Source: the human T2T-CHM13v2.0 reference genome, Homo sapiens. From it: a DNA stretch of 64,000 bases. The first letter of the stretch is position 1. Every line of letters begins with the position of its first letter. The DNA is taken from assembly GCF_009914755.1 (NCBI RefSeq), contig NC_060925.1, one strand, 5' to 3'. Of this stretch, positions 1 to 18,620 are shown one piece after another. The position numbers and the translations under genes were made by a program. The notes under the pieces were generated by a model, which saw nothing but the letters and a program-made list of their open reading frames with translations, ran no database searches and was not told where the DNA came from.

Positions 1-634
1 TTCAAACCTGTGTTCTTTTCACTAACAACTCGACTAGAACTAGAAAATAGTGATTTACAAAATATACGTGGTATTTGAATGAGGAGTAGAATAAAGAAAT
101 AAGACAGTTGCTAGAGGGAGACAAGGATGAAGACAGGAAATATTTCTTTTTAGGGTGGAAATGCACAACATGTTTATATAGGGTAAGAAAGCAGCAACGA
201 GAAAGACACTAAGGAAATGGGGCTTACGGGATACATCTAATGAACAAGCTCCTAGAGATGGCATGAGGAGATAAATAAAGAAGACATGTAAACAGAATAA
301 CTTTAAACAGAACAGAGAAACCTCATCCTGTAAGACTGGGCAAAGATAAGTATGGGTAAGGGTAGGTTACTTTTAGGACAGAGCACAATAAACTTAGGCA
401 CATCACTACTATTATCTCAATTTTGGTCAGTGAAATGGGAAGTAATCATCTCTTCATCTTAAGAATACTAGAGTTTAAACAAGGGGACACCTGATATGAA
501 AAATGAATATGTTTACAATATCAATGATAGAAATTAAAGAGAAAGTTTTCCAAGAAGTAAAAGGAGTCCAAGGTAGTAATGAGAAGCAATTTATGATGGT
601 ACTGATTTGAAGGTCATGAGAATCTATCCATCTG

Positions 635-1400
635 ATACTATGAAATATATATTTGGTCTTCATCCCCCTCCAAAGGACTGTCTTTTTGTATGCCAATACT
701 GACTGATAGCTTCAGGATGGGCCTGGTCACTGGAAAGACAAGAGTATGATTAGAGTTGGGACTTGCAGCACCCCCCACAAACTCTAGGAGGAGAGAGGAG
801 TGGAGGGTCAAGTTGATCACCAATGGCCAATGGTTTAAACAATCATGCCTATGTAATGATGCCTCTGTAAAAACCCAAGAAGACAGTTTCTGAATAGCTA
901 GCATGTGGAGGTTCCTGGAGGGTGGCTCATCCAGGGTGGGCATGGAAGCTCCGTGCCCCTTCTACTATACGTCATGCTATATATCTCTTCATCCATATTC
1001 TTTATACTAGCCTTTATAATAAACTGGTAAACATAGGTTTAAGTGTTCCTCTGAGCTTCGTAAGCTGCTCTAGCAAATTAGTCAAAGAGAGGATCACGGG
1101 AACCCCAACTTCAAGCCAGTCAGGAGGAAGTTCCAGCCTGGACTTGGGCCTGCTGTCTTTAGGGGCTGCAGGATATGAGGGACTAAACCCCTCAATCTGT
1201 GGGATCTGACACTATCTCCAAGTAGAAAGGGTCAAAATTAAATTGGAGGACACTCAATTGGTATCTGCTGAAGAAGTTTATTGCTTGCTTGGTGGTGGGG
1301 AGAACCCCTACCACTTTGGTCACAGAAGTCTTCTTCTGTGTTGATGATTGTTGTGGTAAAAGAGAATAGAGAAAAACATGGCTTGAAGCAACAACAAACT
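635..1400. mobile_element. MER21-like solo LTR
   Basis: TAGCTTCAGGATGGG..GGTCACTGGAAAGAC..GATTAGAG..TTGGGACTT and AATCATGCCTATGTAATGA motifs recalled from MER21; ends are approximate. Confidence 0.65.
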
Positions 1401-1544
1401 AACCTAGTATAAGAGCCAGGGAGGCAAGTTGCAGCATTGACCCAGTAATAGACGCTTATTAAGAATCTTCTACATGTTAGCTTTGATGTGACATTTGATA
1501 TAATGAAATAAATAAGGTAAAATAAGATGTAGAAAGAAAGTTTC

Positions 1545-2075
1545 ACAGCAGAATACTATTGAGCCATGAAAAAGAATGAAATCTTATCATTTGCAATAAC
1601 ATGCATAAACCTAGAGGACATTATGTTAAGTGAAATAAGCACAACACAGAAAGAAAAAATGATGCATTATCTCACTCATTGATGAAATCTAAAAAAAACT
1701 ATGATATAACAGAAGTAGAGAGCAGGATAGTAATAACCAGAGCTTGGGTAGGTTAAGAGGAAGAGAGGATGAGGAAATACTGATTGATGAGTACAAGATT
1801 ACAGTTAGATAGGATGGACTAATGCTGGTGATCTATTGCACAGTAGGGTGACCATAGTTATCAACAATGTATGGTATATTTCAAAATGGCTAGAAGAGAG
1901 GCCTCTGAATAGTCTCAGCAAAAAGAAACAATAAATGTTTGAGGTGCTAGATATGCCAATTATCCTAATTTGATCATTACACAATGTATAAATGTATTAA
2001 AATTTCATATGATGCCCTATATATATGCACAATTATTATGTCAATTAAAAATAAAATAAAACTTGAAAAAAAAAG
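1545..2075 (+). mobile_element. Old L1 (L1MA-like) 3' end
   Basis: ORF2 C-terminal/3' UTR motifs (AAAAAGAATGAAATC...GAGGACATTATGTTAAGTGAAATAAGC) and an A-rich tail. Confidence 0.75.
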
Positions 2076-3885
2076 AAAGCTTCAATGTAACCAACACAAA
2101 AAGAACAAATCCTTTTAAGTAGCCATGTTATATTTGATCTGTATCTTATATGTTCAAGGAAAAAGTCAATAAATTCCAAGAACCAGTAGTATTATAAGCC
2201 ACATCTTATGGTTATATTGCAAACTAATAATATTTTTAAGATCATTAAGCCAATCGTAAATAAATATTTGAAATAGACTGAAAAGACTTAAGACATAATA
2301 TGAAAGTACAGTAGAATGACTGAATATAAGATAAATATATTTTTGTCACTTTACTATATATCAACCCCACCTTCCCTTAAAAACAGAAAAGAGAAAAAAA
2401 GAAAACAAATTGGGTGAAGAATCTTACTCTCAAAAGCAGCAAGAAAAATATAATAGTTAAAAACAAATATAGTCAGAAATATACAGCAAATATACACATA
2501 CACACAGTCCCCAAAACATTAGTAGTAACAAGCTGGAAGAAAACAAGTTTAAATAAATCAATATTCATCACATATCTGGATGGGAAGAATGGAAATGTAA
2601 AAATGGCAATTCTCCCAAAATAAAATTAAAGAGATTTATCTTAGACCTTCAAAAATGATTCAAAGTTCATCTAGAAAAATAAATATGCAGGAATATGAAT
2701 GTGTGTATCAAATGGAAAGAATATACATCATAGAAAGCTGTAATGCTTAACTATGCATTATCAGTCCAATACAGATTTGGAATAATGAAACAGGCATAAT
2801 GGGGGGAAAGGAGGATGGGAGAGTATAGAAAGGGTGAGAGAAGAAAATATATTAATGAGAAACAGATTTCTGCTTCTATAATGACAATTTACACAAAGCA
2901 GACCAATCATTCTAAAAAGATTAAGAAAATCTGGACAAATTATTTTTTAAAATCTGCCTGTATTCACAGAGATGCTAATAAGGCAGTGACGAATGACAAA
3001 GCCAAGATCTGGGAGAAGGCAAAGCCAGGGAGATGAACCAGACATTGAAGCTGCTTTCTCCCTAAGAGCATCTGCTAATTCTGGAAAAGAGAAATGAAAG
3101 ACTGGAAAAGCTGAGCTGAGATTTTTATGGTCTCACAGACTAGAAGCAGAATATGAGTGCAGGGTCTACCAAGAAGAGGAAGCCTTTATAAAGTCTCTTC
3201 AATTTGGATAGGGCCCCCAGAAGACAGGATCATAGGAATAAGGATTAACTCAAAAGAACCTGGTCTTTACAAGGACTGAAGTCCATCTTCAAATAATCTC
3301 AATGCCTGACACTGGATTGATATCATCAAGGATTGCTAGTACTACTAGCAACCTACTATAAACAAATAAAAAGCAAACATAAAGCCTATCTGGAGAAAGA
3401 GAACAAGATACTACACCTTCAATTATTTTTACAATTTTTCACATACAATGCCACATATTCAAAATTAACCATGAATGGTACAGTTAATTTTGGGGAAGTA
3501 TTCAGCAATGTCAACTAAAAACAGGCATACGTCTACCCTATGATTCAGAAATTTCACCCATAAGAATATACCAAAAGAACTAAGTATATCTCTTTACCAA
3601 AAGATATTTATAAGAATGCTCACAATAGTTTTATTCATAATAATCCAAAATTTAAAACAATTGTCATCAATAGAAAAATGAATGGTAGTATACTCATACA
3701 ATGTAATACTAAACAGCATTAAAGAATGAACTACTGGGACATAACAACATAGATAATTCTAACAGACACTAGGTTTAGTTAAAAAAATTAAAATAACATA
3801 TTCAAATAAATACCTATTACATGATTTCATTTATATGAAGTCCAAGAATAAAATTAATCAATGCTGATAAAAAGTCAGAAAAGTA

Positions 3886-4187
<302 letters not shown>

Positions 4188-4251
4188 CAGAAAAATGACT
4201 ATCCTGGGGAGAGGTATTGACTGGTAGGGGCAAAACAGAACTTTTATTTAA

Positions 4252-4559
<308 letters not shown>

Positions 4560-6070
4560 TAATTATTTTTTAAAATTGTGTAGGTACATACATAGTACAT
4601 GTATATATTTATGGGGTACATGAGATGTTTTAATACAGGCAGCAATGTAAAATAAGCACATCATGAAGAATGGGGTATCCATCTCCTCAAGCATTTATCC
4701 TTTGAGTTACAAACAATCCAATTACATTCTTTATTTTAAAATATACAATTAAAGTATTACTGACTATAGTCACCCAATTGTGCTATCAAATAGTAGGTCT
4801 TATTCATTCTTTCTCTATTTTTTGTACCCATTAACCATTCCCACCTCCCCATAAACCTGCTACTATCCTTCCCAGCCTCTGGGAGCCATCCTTCTACTCT
4901 TATCTCCATGAGTTCAACTGATTTGATTTTTAGATCCTACAAATAAGTGAGAACATGTGATGTTTGTCTTTCTGTGCCTGGCATATTTTACTTAACATAA
5001 TGATCTACAGTTCCATCCATGTTGTTGCATATGACTGGATCTTATTCTTTCTTACGGTTGAATAATACTCTATTGAGTAAATGTATACTTTATTAATTCA
5101 TCTGTTGATGGACGCTAAGTCCAAATCTTAGCTACTGTAAACAGTGCTGCAACAAATGTAGAAGTGTAGATATCTCTTTGACATACTGTTAGCCTTTCTT
5201 TTGGGTATATACTCAGCAGTGGGATTGCTGGATCATATGGTAACTCTTATTTTTAGTTTTCTGAGGAACCTCCACACTGTTCTCCACAGTGGTTGTACTA
5301 ATTTACATTCCCAGAAACAGTGTGCAAGGGTTCCCTCTTCTCCACATCCTCACCAGCATTTGTTATTTCTTGTCTTTTGGATAAAAGCCATTTTAACTAC
5401 GGTGAGACAATAATCACATTGTAGTTTTGATCTGCATTTCTCTGATGATCAATGATGTTGAGCACATTTTCATATGCCAGTCTGCCATTTGTAAGTCTTC
5501 TTTTGAAAAATGTCTATTCAATCTTTTGCCCATATTTTGATCAGATTATTAGATATTTTCCTATAGAGTTGTTTGAAGCTCCTTATATATTCTGGTTATT
5601 AATCCCTTATCAGAGGGGCAGTTTGTAAATATTTTCTCCCATTCTGTGGGTTGTCTCTTCACTTTGCTGTTTGTATTCTTTGCTGTGCAGAAGCTTTTTA
5701 ACTTGATGTGATCCCAGTTGTCCACATTTACTTTGGTTACCTGTGCTTGAGGGGTAGTGCTCAAGAAGTCTTTGCCCTGACCCATGTACTGGAGACTTTC
5801 CCCAATGTTTTCCTGTAGTAGTTTCATAATTTGAGGTCTTAGATTTAAGTCTTCAATACATTTTGGTTTGGTTTTTGTATATGGTGAGAGATAGGGAACT
5901 AGTTTCACTCTTTTGCATATAGATACCCAGTTTCTCCAGTACTATTTATTAAAGAGACTATCTTTCCCCAGTGTTATGTTTTTGACACCTCTGTCAAAAA
6001 TGAGTTCACTGTAGGTGTATGGATTTGTTTCTGGGTTCTCTGATTCTGTTCCACTGGTCTATGTGTCTGC
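4560..6070 (-). mobile_element. L1MA-like 3' region (ORF2 C-terminus + 3' UTR)
   Basis: ORF 5561..5908(-) resembles L1 ORF2 ([10 protein letters not shown]...RQPTEWEKIF). Confidence 0.85.
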
Positions 6071-7641
6071 AGAAGGGAACCTTTTAGATGCTGCAAGTAT
6101 TTTGTATTTCAGTGAGTGGTGGTTATATGGTTATATACAAATGTCAATAGTCATTGAAGTGTATTCATAAGAGGAGTGTAGTTTGCTTTAGACACTTTAG
6201 TATACAAAGACTAGCTAAGGCAATCTTCAAAAAGAAGAATAAACTTGGAGGCTTAAACTACCAGATAGCAAAACTTAAGCTACAGTAATTAAGAAAGTAT
6301 AATATTTATGCAAGGATGGACAAACAGACCCAAGAAACAGAACAGAATCTAGAAAAAAGTTCCACATGCCTACATGTGCCCTAGCAGGCACTTAATTTAT
6401 GACAAAATAAACACTATGAAGCAATGGGAATAAGTCTTTTCAACAAATCGTATTGTTTAATTAGAGATTATATATGAATAAAACAAATTTTATCCCTACT
6501 TTATACTATATATAAAAATTAAATCCAGGTGGACTATAAATCAAAATGTAAAAGGTAAAAAAAATGCTTCTTGAAGATTATGTAGAATGATATTTTCATA
6601 ACTGGTGTAAGCAAAGATTTCTTTAAAATGAAAAAAAAACAAGCAGTAGGCACAAAGGAAAATATTAATAAATCAAACTACATTACTAAGTCAGATTGTG
6701 TTAAAAATAACTTGCTCATCAAAAGAACAAGAATCGCTAATGGATTAAAAATGTAAGCCACAGAGTGGGACAAGATACTTGAAACATATAACTGGCAAAT
6801 GGCTTGTAATGAGAAAATGTAGGGAATTCCTACAAATTAATAAGAACAGAACAAACAACCCAATGGAAAAACGGGCAAAAGACAGGCACTTCACAAGGAG
6901 AAGGAAGAGTGTATCTAAAGGACCTGGAAAGATAATCCCTAAACAGCCAATACACACATACTAGGAAGCACAGTCAATCAATTTGAAAAAGAGCAGCTGA
7001 AACTGGAAAGGGGTTTGTTCATTTCAATAGCAGGTAAATTCAAAAGTTGTACAATAGAGTCTGAAGACGGTAGATTAGTCCTGGTAGCCCATAAGAACTA
7101 CAGAAACTGACCACCCAGGGTTCCTGTGCAGGATAAAACCCAAGACACTAGGAAAAACTATAGGGAATAGAATAAAACTTGAGCAGGACAAAAATAAAAA
7201 TATCAGGAAAAAAATGGACTAGCAAAAGTGAAATGGAACAGAGACAGAATACCCTAGAAAGCAAGTCACCACACTTTGAACACTACATACGGAAGCTCTT
7301 TGAAGTTAAAATGTTGTCCTGAATCAATCTTCCTTCTAAGAGATAAGAAAAAAAAAATTTTTTTAATTTAAATTCAATTAAAAATGAACAAAGAAAAGGA
7401 TCAAGGTCAAATATTTTACCAAGTTCTTGTTTAAATAATAATAGGCAAAAGAAGAAAATTCCTTCAATGACAGCAGCCAAAAAACATGTTAGCAAAATAG
7501 AGCAAAATTATAATCTATTGAAAAATTAAGGAAGTAATACAAGAAACTGAAGAACTACATTAATCAAAATTAGAAAAACATAGATGTAAGATGATATAAA
7601 TCAGGAAAAAAGTAAAAACAGAGAAAAAAGTCAGTTCAATC

Positions 7642-7938
7642 TTTTTTTTTTTTAAGAGATAGGGTCTCACTCTGTAACCCAGGCTGGAGTACAGTAGCAT
7701 AATCATAGCTCACTGTACCCTCAAACTCCTGGGCTCAAGTGATCCTCTGACCTCAGCCTTCTGAGCAGCTGGGACTATAGGCATGTACCATCACAACTGA
7801 CTAATTTTTAATTTTTTTTGTAGAGATGGGGGTCTCACTATGTTGCCCAGGCTGATCTTCAACTCCCAGCCTCAAGCAATTCTCCAGCCTACGCTTCCCA
7901 AAGTGCTGGGATTATATTTATGAGCTACCACACACCCA
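7642..7938 (-). mobile_element. Alu (AluJ-like)
   Basis: Diverged antisense Alu. Confidence 0.9.
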
Positions 7939-8363
7939 ATCAGAAATCATTTCATAACTGAATATGAATTAAAATAAACAGGAGAGGAAATAATACGACA
8001 GATATAATGCCTTAAAATACAAGAAAATGAGAATATTTTAATCAAAAAGAAACCAAAGAATTTTAAATAGCACAGAAAGTAAACACTAAACAGGCAAAAT
8101 GATCCAAAATACTATAATAGTAGTTCCTAATTAAGAAAATTGAGGCAAAAAAAAAAAAAAAAGAAAATGAATACTACAAACTATCGTTCAGGAAACTTTG
8201 CTGAAATGGATACATTATTGCTGTTTTCTATAATAAGACTTATAGAATATATACAACGAATTTAAAGAAAAACAACCTAATTTTATAACCAATTAAAAAT
8301 GACATAATTTTGATATAAGTAAAAACCAAATTTTAAAAGTTAAGACACTGATATTTACATATA

Positions 8364-9473
8364 CAGGTGACCCTTAAACAACATGGGGGCTAGGGCCATC
8401 AAACCCACACACTGTTGAAAACCTCCATATAACTTTTTTTTAACTTAGAGGGTACATGTGCAGGTTTGTTACATGGATAAAAACTGCATGATGCTGAGGT
8501 ATGGGTTTCTATTAATCATAATTCCATTGCCCAGGTAGTGCACATAGCACCTGTGACAGCTATTAATAGCTTTTCAACCCTTTCCCCTTTCCTTCCCTTC
8601 ACCTTTTTGAAATCTCCAGTGTTTATTGTTCCCATCTTTGTGTCCATGTATACCCAGTGTTTAGCTCCTACTTGTAAGAGAGAACACACTGTATTTGGTT
8701 TTCTGCTTTTGCATTAATTCACTTAGGATAATGGCCTCCAGCTGCATCCATGCTGCTGCAAAAGACATGATTTTATTCTTTCTTGTAGCTCCATGCATAT
8801 GGAACCATATGCATCTGGCTCCCTAAAAACTTAACTACTAATAGCCTACCACTGACCCAAAGCCTTAATAATAACATAAAAACAGGCCAGGCACAGTGGC
8901 TTATGCCTGTAATCCCAGCACTTTGGGAGACTGAGCCAGGCAGATCACCTGAAGTCAGGAATTCGAGACCAGCCTGACCAACATGGAGAAACCCCGTCTC
9001 TACCAAAAATACAAAAATAGCTGGGCGTGGTGGCACATGCCTGTAATTCCAGCTACTCTGAAGCCTGAGGCAGGAGAATCGCTGAACCCAGGAGGTGGAT
9101 GTTGCGGTGAGCTGAGATCATGCCATTGCACTCCAGCCTGGGCAACAAGAGCGAAACTCCGTCTCTAATAATAATAATAACATAAAAACATAGTCAACAT
9201 GTTTTGTGCATTGCACATATATTATATTAAGAAACTAGGGAAAAACATTAATAAGAAAATCATAAGGGAGAGAAAATATGTTTACTATTTATTAAGTGGA
9301 AATATGTATGAACATAAACATATTCATCATGAAGTTCTTCATCCTTGTCTTCACATTGAGCAGGCTGAGGTAAAGGAGGAAGAAGTGGGGGTTGGTCTTG
9401 CTGTCTCAGGAGCGGCAGAGACAGAAGAAAATGGATCCAAACAGTTCAAATTCACTTAGTTCAGGGTCAACTG
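8364..9473 (-). mobile_element. Tigger2a-like DNA transposon with nested L1 3' fragment (~8430-8810, -) and Alu (8885-9180, +)
   Basis: TIRs CAGGTGACCCTT...GGGTCAACTG with TA on both sides. Confidence 0.8.
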
Positions 9474-9477
9474 TATA

Positions 9478-9481
9478 GGTG

Positions 9482-9535
<54 letters not shown>

Positions 9536-9621
9536 TATATATGTGTGTATATATATGTGTATATATATGTGTGTATATATATATACACGTGTGTGTGTGT
9601 GTGTGTTTGTGTGTGTGTGTG
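9478..9621. repeat. Compound (TG)n/(TA)n microsatellite
   Basis: Directly visible. Confidence 0.95.
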
Positions 9622-9639
9622 ACAGATCTATTTAATAGA

Positions 9640-14030
<4,391 letters not shown>

Positions 14031-16415
14031 CTTCAAGGAGAAAGACTATAAATTATTTAAAGAAAAGCTTTATGGAGAACTAATGCTGCTGGAACACAAA
14101 TATTAAGTTAATGTAAACTACATCTACTGGAACATACAATATAATCTTATTTTGTAACTGTCTACTATCTTATAGCTAAAAATAATTTTCCTTCTTCTTC
14201 TGTAAAACTTCTCATTTTCACATGTACTTTTACTGTGAGTTACAAATTAAATGTACTATGATACTCCAGAAATATTATAGCAAAATAGTAAATCAAAAGG
14301 CTATAGGAAATAACTTACGTGCCAGACTACTATTAAACCTCTGTACCAGCACAAACAGCTGCTATAATAATTTTTTCTGAATACCTATTTACCTCCCCAA
14401 ACTATAAAGATAAATTGGTTTGAATATATTTGTTATATAAATCCTTAGTCCTACAAGCTCTCCTGAGGACTGAGCCAGAAATATTCTCATGCACAGACTT
14501 AGAGGAATTTATTCTTAGCCTCAAAACTTCACCTGAAATCAGTTTAAAGGGGCTTCAAAAAAGACTTTACCTGATATTCCAGATATCAGGTAAGAACTAA
14601 TTCCTAGAAACTGAGAAGCAGGAGCTCTAATAAAACTGCTATTTTAGCTCCCTATAGGGAAGAGAAATCAACAGAAACACCCAGTAACATACTGCAATAT
14701 AAATAAATATCATATCTTCTCTTTATCCAAGTGGTGGAAAAAGGAGACCGAAACAGCTATTCTATTATAAATTTTCAAATACAAAATACATTTCCTAATC
14801 ACAAGATTGTAACACTACAAACAGGTGTCTTTAAATAGGACAGTTCCAACAGTCATAAAAATGGTAATGAGAGGCAGTTATATGAAGCATTTTATGATAT
14901 TTTGTTTAACTCCTTGGATATCAAACGCATAGTAGGTGCCAGGCACTATGCACTAGAGATACAGCAGTGAAAGAAAAAAAAAAAAAAAAAAAACAGGAAA
15001 AATCTCTACTCCTATAAAACTGTTATTCTAGTGAGATAAAAAATTTAAAAATAAATAATATGTCAGTGCTAGAAAGAAAAACAGTAGAACCATTCATTCC
15101 ATTTGCCCTGAGTGGTACCTTTTCACACATTTTGTTTTGGCAAAAATATTATTAGCATACCCCTTTACTCTCAAAACATACTGGTGTACAAGATACAGAT
15201 CTAAAGATAATAGAACAGAATTGAGACATTGACCAAAGAGGGGTGCTGTTTTATATATGTTGGTAAGAGAAGGCCTCTCTGATTATGACAAATCTGAGGA
15301 GTGACTGGAAATAAGTGAGAGAGCAAGCCATATACACATCTGGAGGAAGAGCTTTTCAGGCAGTACATTTGTGGCAGTATAGTGAGAGAACATCTGTGGT
15401 GCACTTACGGGGGTGTGTGTGTGTGTGTGTCTGTAGATGAAAATCTGCAAACCTTCAGTGAAAGAAGATGAAAATCCAGTTTCAACAGAAACTCTATGAA
15501 ATAGAAAACTTTTTCATTCTCTTTCTTGCCTAAAAGTGGTTCCCAGGGTATACATTAGGCATAACTTATTTTGTTCTGGTAGATTCCAGAATTAAAACCA
15601 TTTCCTTGAAGAGGAAACCTTCTCTATGAATGTAAAATTGCCCTATTATGGCTTTTAATATCATGGGCATTTAATATAATTGTATTAATTTATGTAATAT
15701 AATTATATAACTAATTTATTAAATTATAATACATATAGTTAATATATATCTCCCTAGAGCCTGAGGTGATTCTGGGTCCCTGGAGATTCCTTAGAGGGGC
15801 ATATAGGGTATGAAATAGAATTGGAAAGTTCTATAATAATACTAATGTACTGACACTAATAATACATCACCAATAATAATAAACAAGGAACATTTTAAGT
15901 AATTAGTATGTCCAAGTGAGAGGTGAAGCCAGCTGGACTCCCTGGGTCAAGTGGGGACTTGGAGAACTTTTGTGTCTAACTAAAGGATTGTAAATGCACC
16001 AAGCAGCACTCTGTAAAAACGCACCAATCAGTGCTGTGTCTAGCTAAAGGATTGTAAATGCACCAATCAGCACTCTGTAAAGACACACCAATCAGCACTC
16101 TGTCTAGCTAAAGGACTGCGAATGCACCAATCAGCACTCTAAAATCGCACCAATCAGCACTCTGTGTCTAGCTAAAGGATTGTGAATGCACCAATCAGCA
16201 CTCTGTAAAAATGCACCAATCAGCACTCTTGGTCTAGCTAAAGCATTGTAAACGCACCAATCAGCACTCTGTAAAAACACACCGCTCAGTGCTCTGCATC
16301 TAGCTGAAGGATTGTGAATGCATCAAGCAGCACTCTGTAAAAACGCACCAATCAGCACTCTGGGTCTAGCTAAAGGATCGTAAATGCACCAATCAGCACT
16401 CTGTAAAAACGCACC

Positions 16416-18620
16416 GAGAGTTCCAAGCCCACGGCCCCGGTCGCGGCCTCGCCGCCCTCCCGCGCCCCGCACCGGGAGCGGGCCTAGAGCACTCGCCTCG
16501 CCCCTCCGCGAGCAGGGCTCTGGCGCCCGCCCCTGTCCGCACCGCTGGCAGCCTGAAGAGAGTCGCTGGCCATGGTCGCTGCTAGGTAGGATATATCTGC
16601 ATCTTGAAAGGAAGATAAAACAAAAGCCTTCTTTGGAATAGATGGATTTTTGTCACTTTCTGTGTGAACTAAAGTGATTCAATGTCTCTTTTGGATTGCT
16701 TCTGCACTTCAAGAACACAAGATGAATCACTCAGACCTGAAAAACAGTCTGAAACCAGTATCCATCAATACTTGGTTGATGAGCCAACCCTTTCCTGGTC
16801 ACCTCCATCCACTAGAGCCAGTGAAGTACTATGTTCCACCAACGTTTCTCACTACGAGCTCCAAGTAGAAACAGGAAGAGGATTTGACAACTTGACTTCT
16901 GTCCATCTTGCATGGCATACTCCCACGGGAACACTGGTAACTATAAAAATTACAAATCTGGAAAACTGCAATGAAGAACGCCTGAAAGCTTTACAGAAAG
17001 CCGTGATTCTATCCCACTTTTTCCGGCATCCCAATATTACAACTTACTGGACAGTTTTCACTGTTGGCAGCTGGCTTTGGGTTATTTCTCCATTTATGGC
17101 CTATGGTTCAGCAAGTCAACTCTTGAGGACCTGTTTTCCTGAAGGAATGAGTGAAACTTTAATAAGAAACATTATCTTTGGAGCTGTGAGAGGGTTGAAC
17201 TATCTGTACCAAAATGGCTGTATTCACAGGAGTATTAAAGCCAGCCATATCCTCATTTCTGGTGATGGCCTAGTGACCCTCTCTGGCCTGTCCCATCTGC
17301 ATAGTTTGGTTAAGCATGGACAGAGGCATAGGGCTGTGTATGATTTCCCACAGTTCAGCACATCAGTGCAGCCGTGGCTGAGTCCAGAACTACTGAGACA
17401 GGATTTACATGGGTATAATGTGAAGTCAGATATTTACAGTGTTGGGATTACAGCATGTGAATTAGCCAGTGGGCAGGTGCCTTTCCAGGACATGCATAGA
17501 ACTCAGATGCTGTTACAGAAACTGAAAGGTCCTCCTTATAGCCCATTGGATATCAGTATTTTCCCTCAATCAGAATCCAGAATGAAAAATTCCCAGTCAG
17601 GTGTAGACTCTGGAATTGGAGAAAGTGTGCTTGTCTCCAGTGGAACTCACACAGTAAATAGTGACCGATTACACACACCATCCTCAAAAACTTTCTCTCC
17701 TGCCTTCTTTAGCTTGGTACAGCTCTGTTTGCAACAAGATCCTGAGAAAAGGCCATCAGCAAGCAGTTTATTGTCCCATGTTTTCTTCAAACAGATGAAA
17801 GAAGAAAGCCAGGATTCAATACTTTCACGGTTGCCTCCTGCTTATAACAAGCCATCAATACCATTGCCTCCAGTGTTACCTTGGACTGAGCCAGAATGTG
17901 ATTTTCCTGATGAAAAAGACTCATACTTGGAATTCTAGGGCTGCCAAATCATTTCATGTCCTATATACTTGACACTTTCTCCTTGCTGCTTTTTCTTCTG
18001 TATTTCTAGGTACAAATACCAGAATTATACTTGAAAATACAGTTGGTGCACTGGAGAATCTATTATTTAAAACCACTCTGTTCAAAGGGGCACCAGTTTG
18101 TAGTCCCTCTGTTTTGCACAGAGTACTATGACAAGGAAACATCAGAATTACCAATCTAGCTAGTGTCATTTATTCTGGAATTTTTTTCTAAGCTGTGACT
18201 AACTCTTTTTATCTCTCAATATAATTTTTGAGCCAGTTAATTTTTTTCAGTATTTTGCTGTTCCTTGGGAATGAGCCCTCAGAGGACAGTGCTTCCAAGT
18301 ACATCTTCTTCTCCCAGATTCTCTGGCCTTTTTAATGAGCTATTGTTAAACCAACAGGCTAGTTTATCTTACATCAGACCCTTTTCTGGTAGAGGGAAAA
18401 TGTTTGTGCTTTCCTTTTTTCTTCTGTTAATACTTATGGTAACACCTAACTGAGCCTCACTCACATTAAATGATTCACTTGAAATATATACAGAAATTGT
18501 AATTTGCTTTTTTTTTTAAAAAGGGGGCTAAAGTAACACTTTCCTACTTTGTAAATTATAGATCTTAAATTCATGCACCCCGTGGGAGCTCAATAAAGAT
18601 ATACTGAATTGAGAAAAAAA
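16416..18620 (+). pseudogene. Processed (intronless) full-length retrocopy of STRADB mRNA: 5' UTR, CDS, 3' UTR, polyA
   Basis: No introns. AATAAA at 18592-18597 and an A-tract at 18614-18625. TSD AAAAACGCACC (16405-16415) / AAAAACACACC (18621-18631). L1 endonuclease-like site TTTTT/AC on the bottom strand. Confidence 0.95.
16682..17938 (+). CDS. STRADB: Intact 418-aa ORF of the STRADB retrocopy (STE20-related pseudokinase adaptor beta-like); expression unknown
   Basis: Same length as, and near-identical to, STRADB as I recall it. STRAD pseudokinase signatures VTIK, HRS (for HRD) and GLS (for DFG). Ends SYLEF instead of SYWEF. The symbol names the parent gene, not this locus. Confidence 0.85.
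   Translation: MSLLDCFCTSRTQDESLRPEKQSETSIHQYLVDEPTLSWSPPSTRASEVLCSTNVSHYELQVETGRGFDNLTSVHLAWHTPTGTLVTIKITNLENCNEERLKALQKAVILSHFFRHPNITTYWTVFTVGSWLWVISPFMAYGSASQLLRTCFPEGMSETLIRNIIFGAVRGLNYLYQNGCIHRSIKASHILISGDGLVTLSGLSHLHSLVKHGQRHRAVYDFPQFSTSVQPWLSPELLRQDLHGYNVKSDIYSVGITACELASGQVPFQDMHRTQMLLQKLKGPPYSPLDISIFPQSESRMKNSQSGVDSGIGESVLVSSGTHTVNSDRLHTPSSKTFSPAFFSLVQLCLQQDPEKRPSASSLLSHVFFKQMKEESQDSILSRLPPAYNKPSIPLPPVLPWTEPECDFPDEKDSYLEF

Noticed and set aside
15985-16415. Regular GCACCAATCAGCACTCT repeats with short spacers, superficially CRISPR-like
   Set aside because: These are the LTR12 U3 enhancer repeats. The spacers are themselves repeated, the array recurs in the 3' LTR, and the DNA is primate.
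16384-16641. 85-aa chimeric ORF from an LTR ATG into the STRADB 5' UTR
   Set aside because: It stops before the main ORF and is expected by chance in GC-rich UTR sequence; no evidence of coding.
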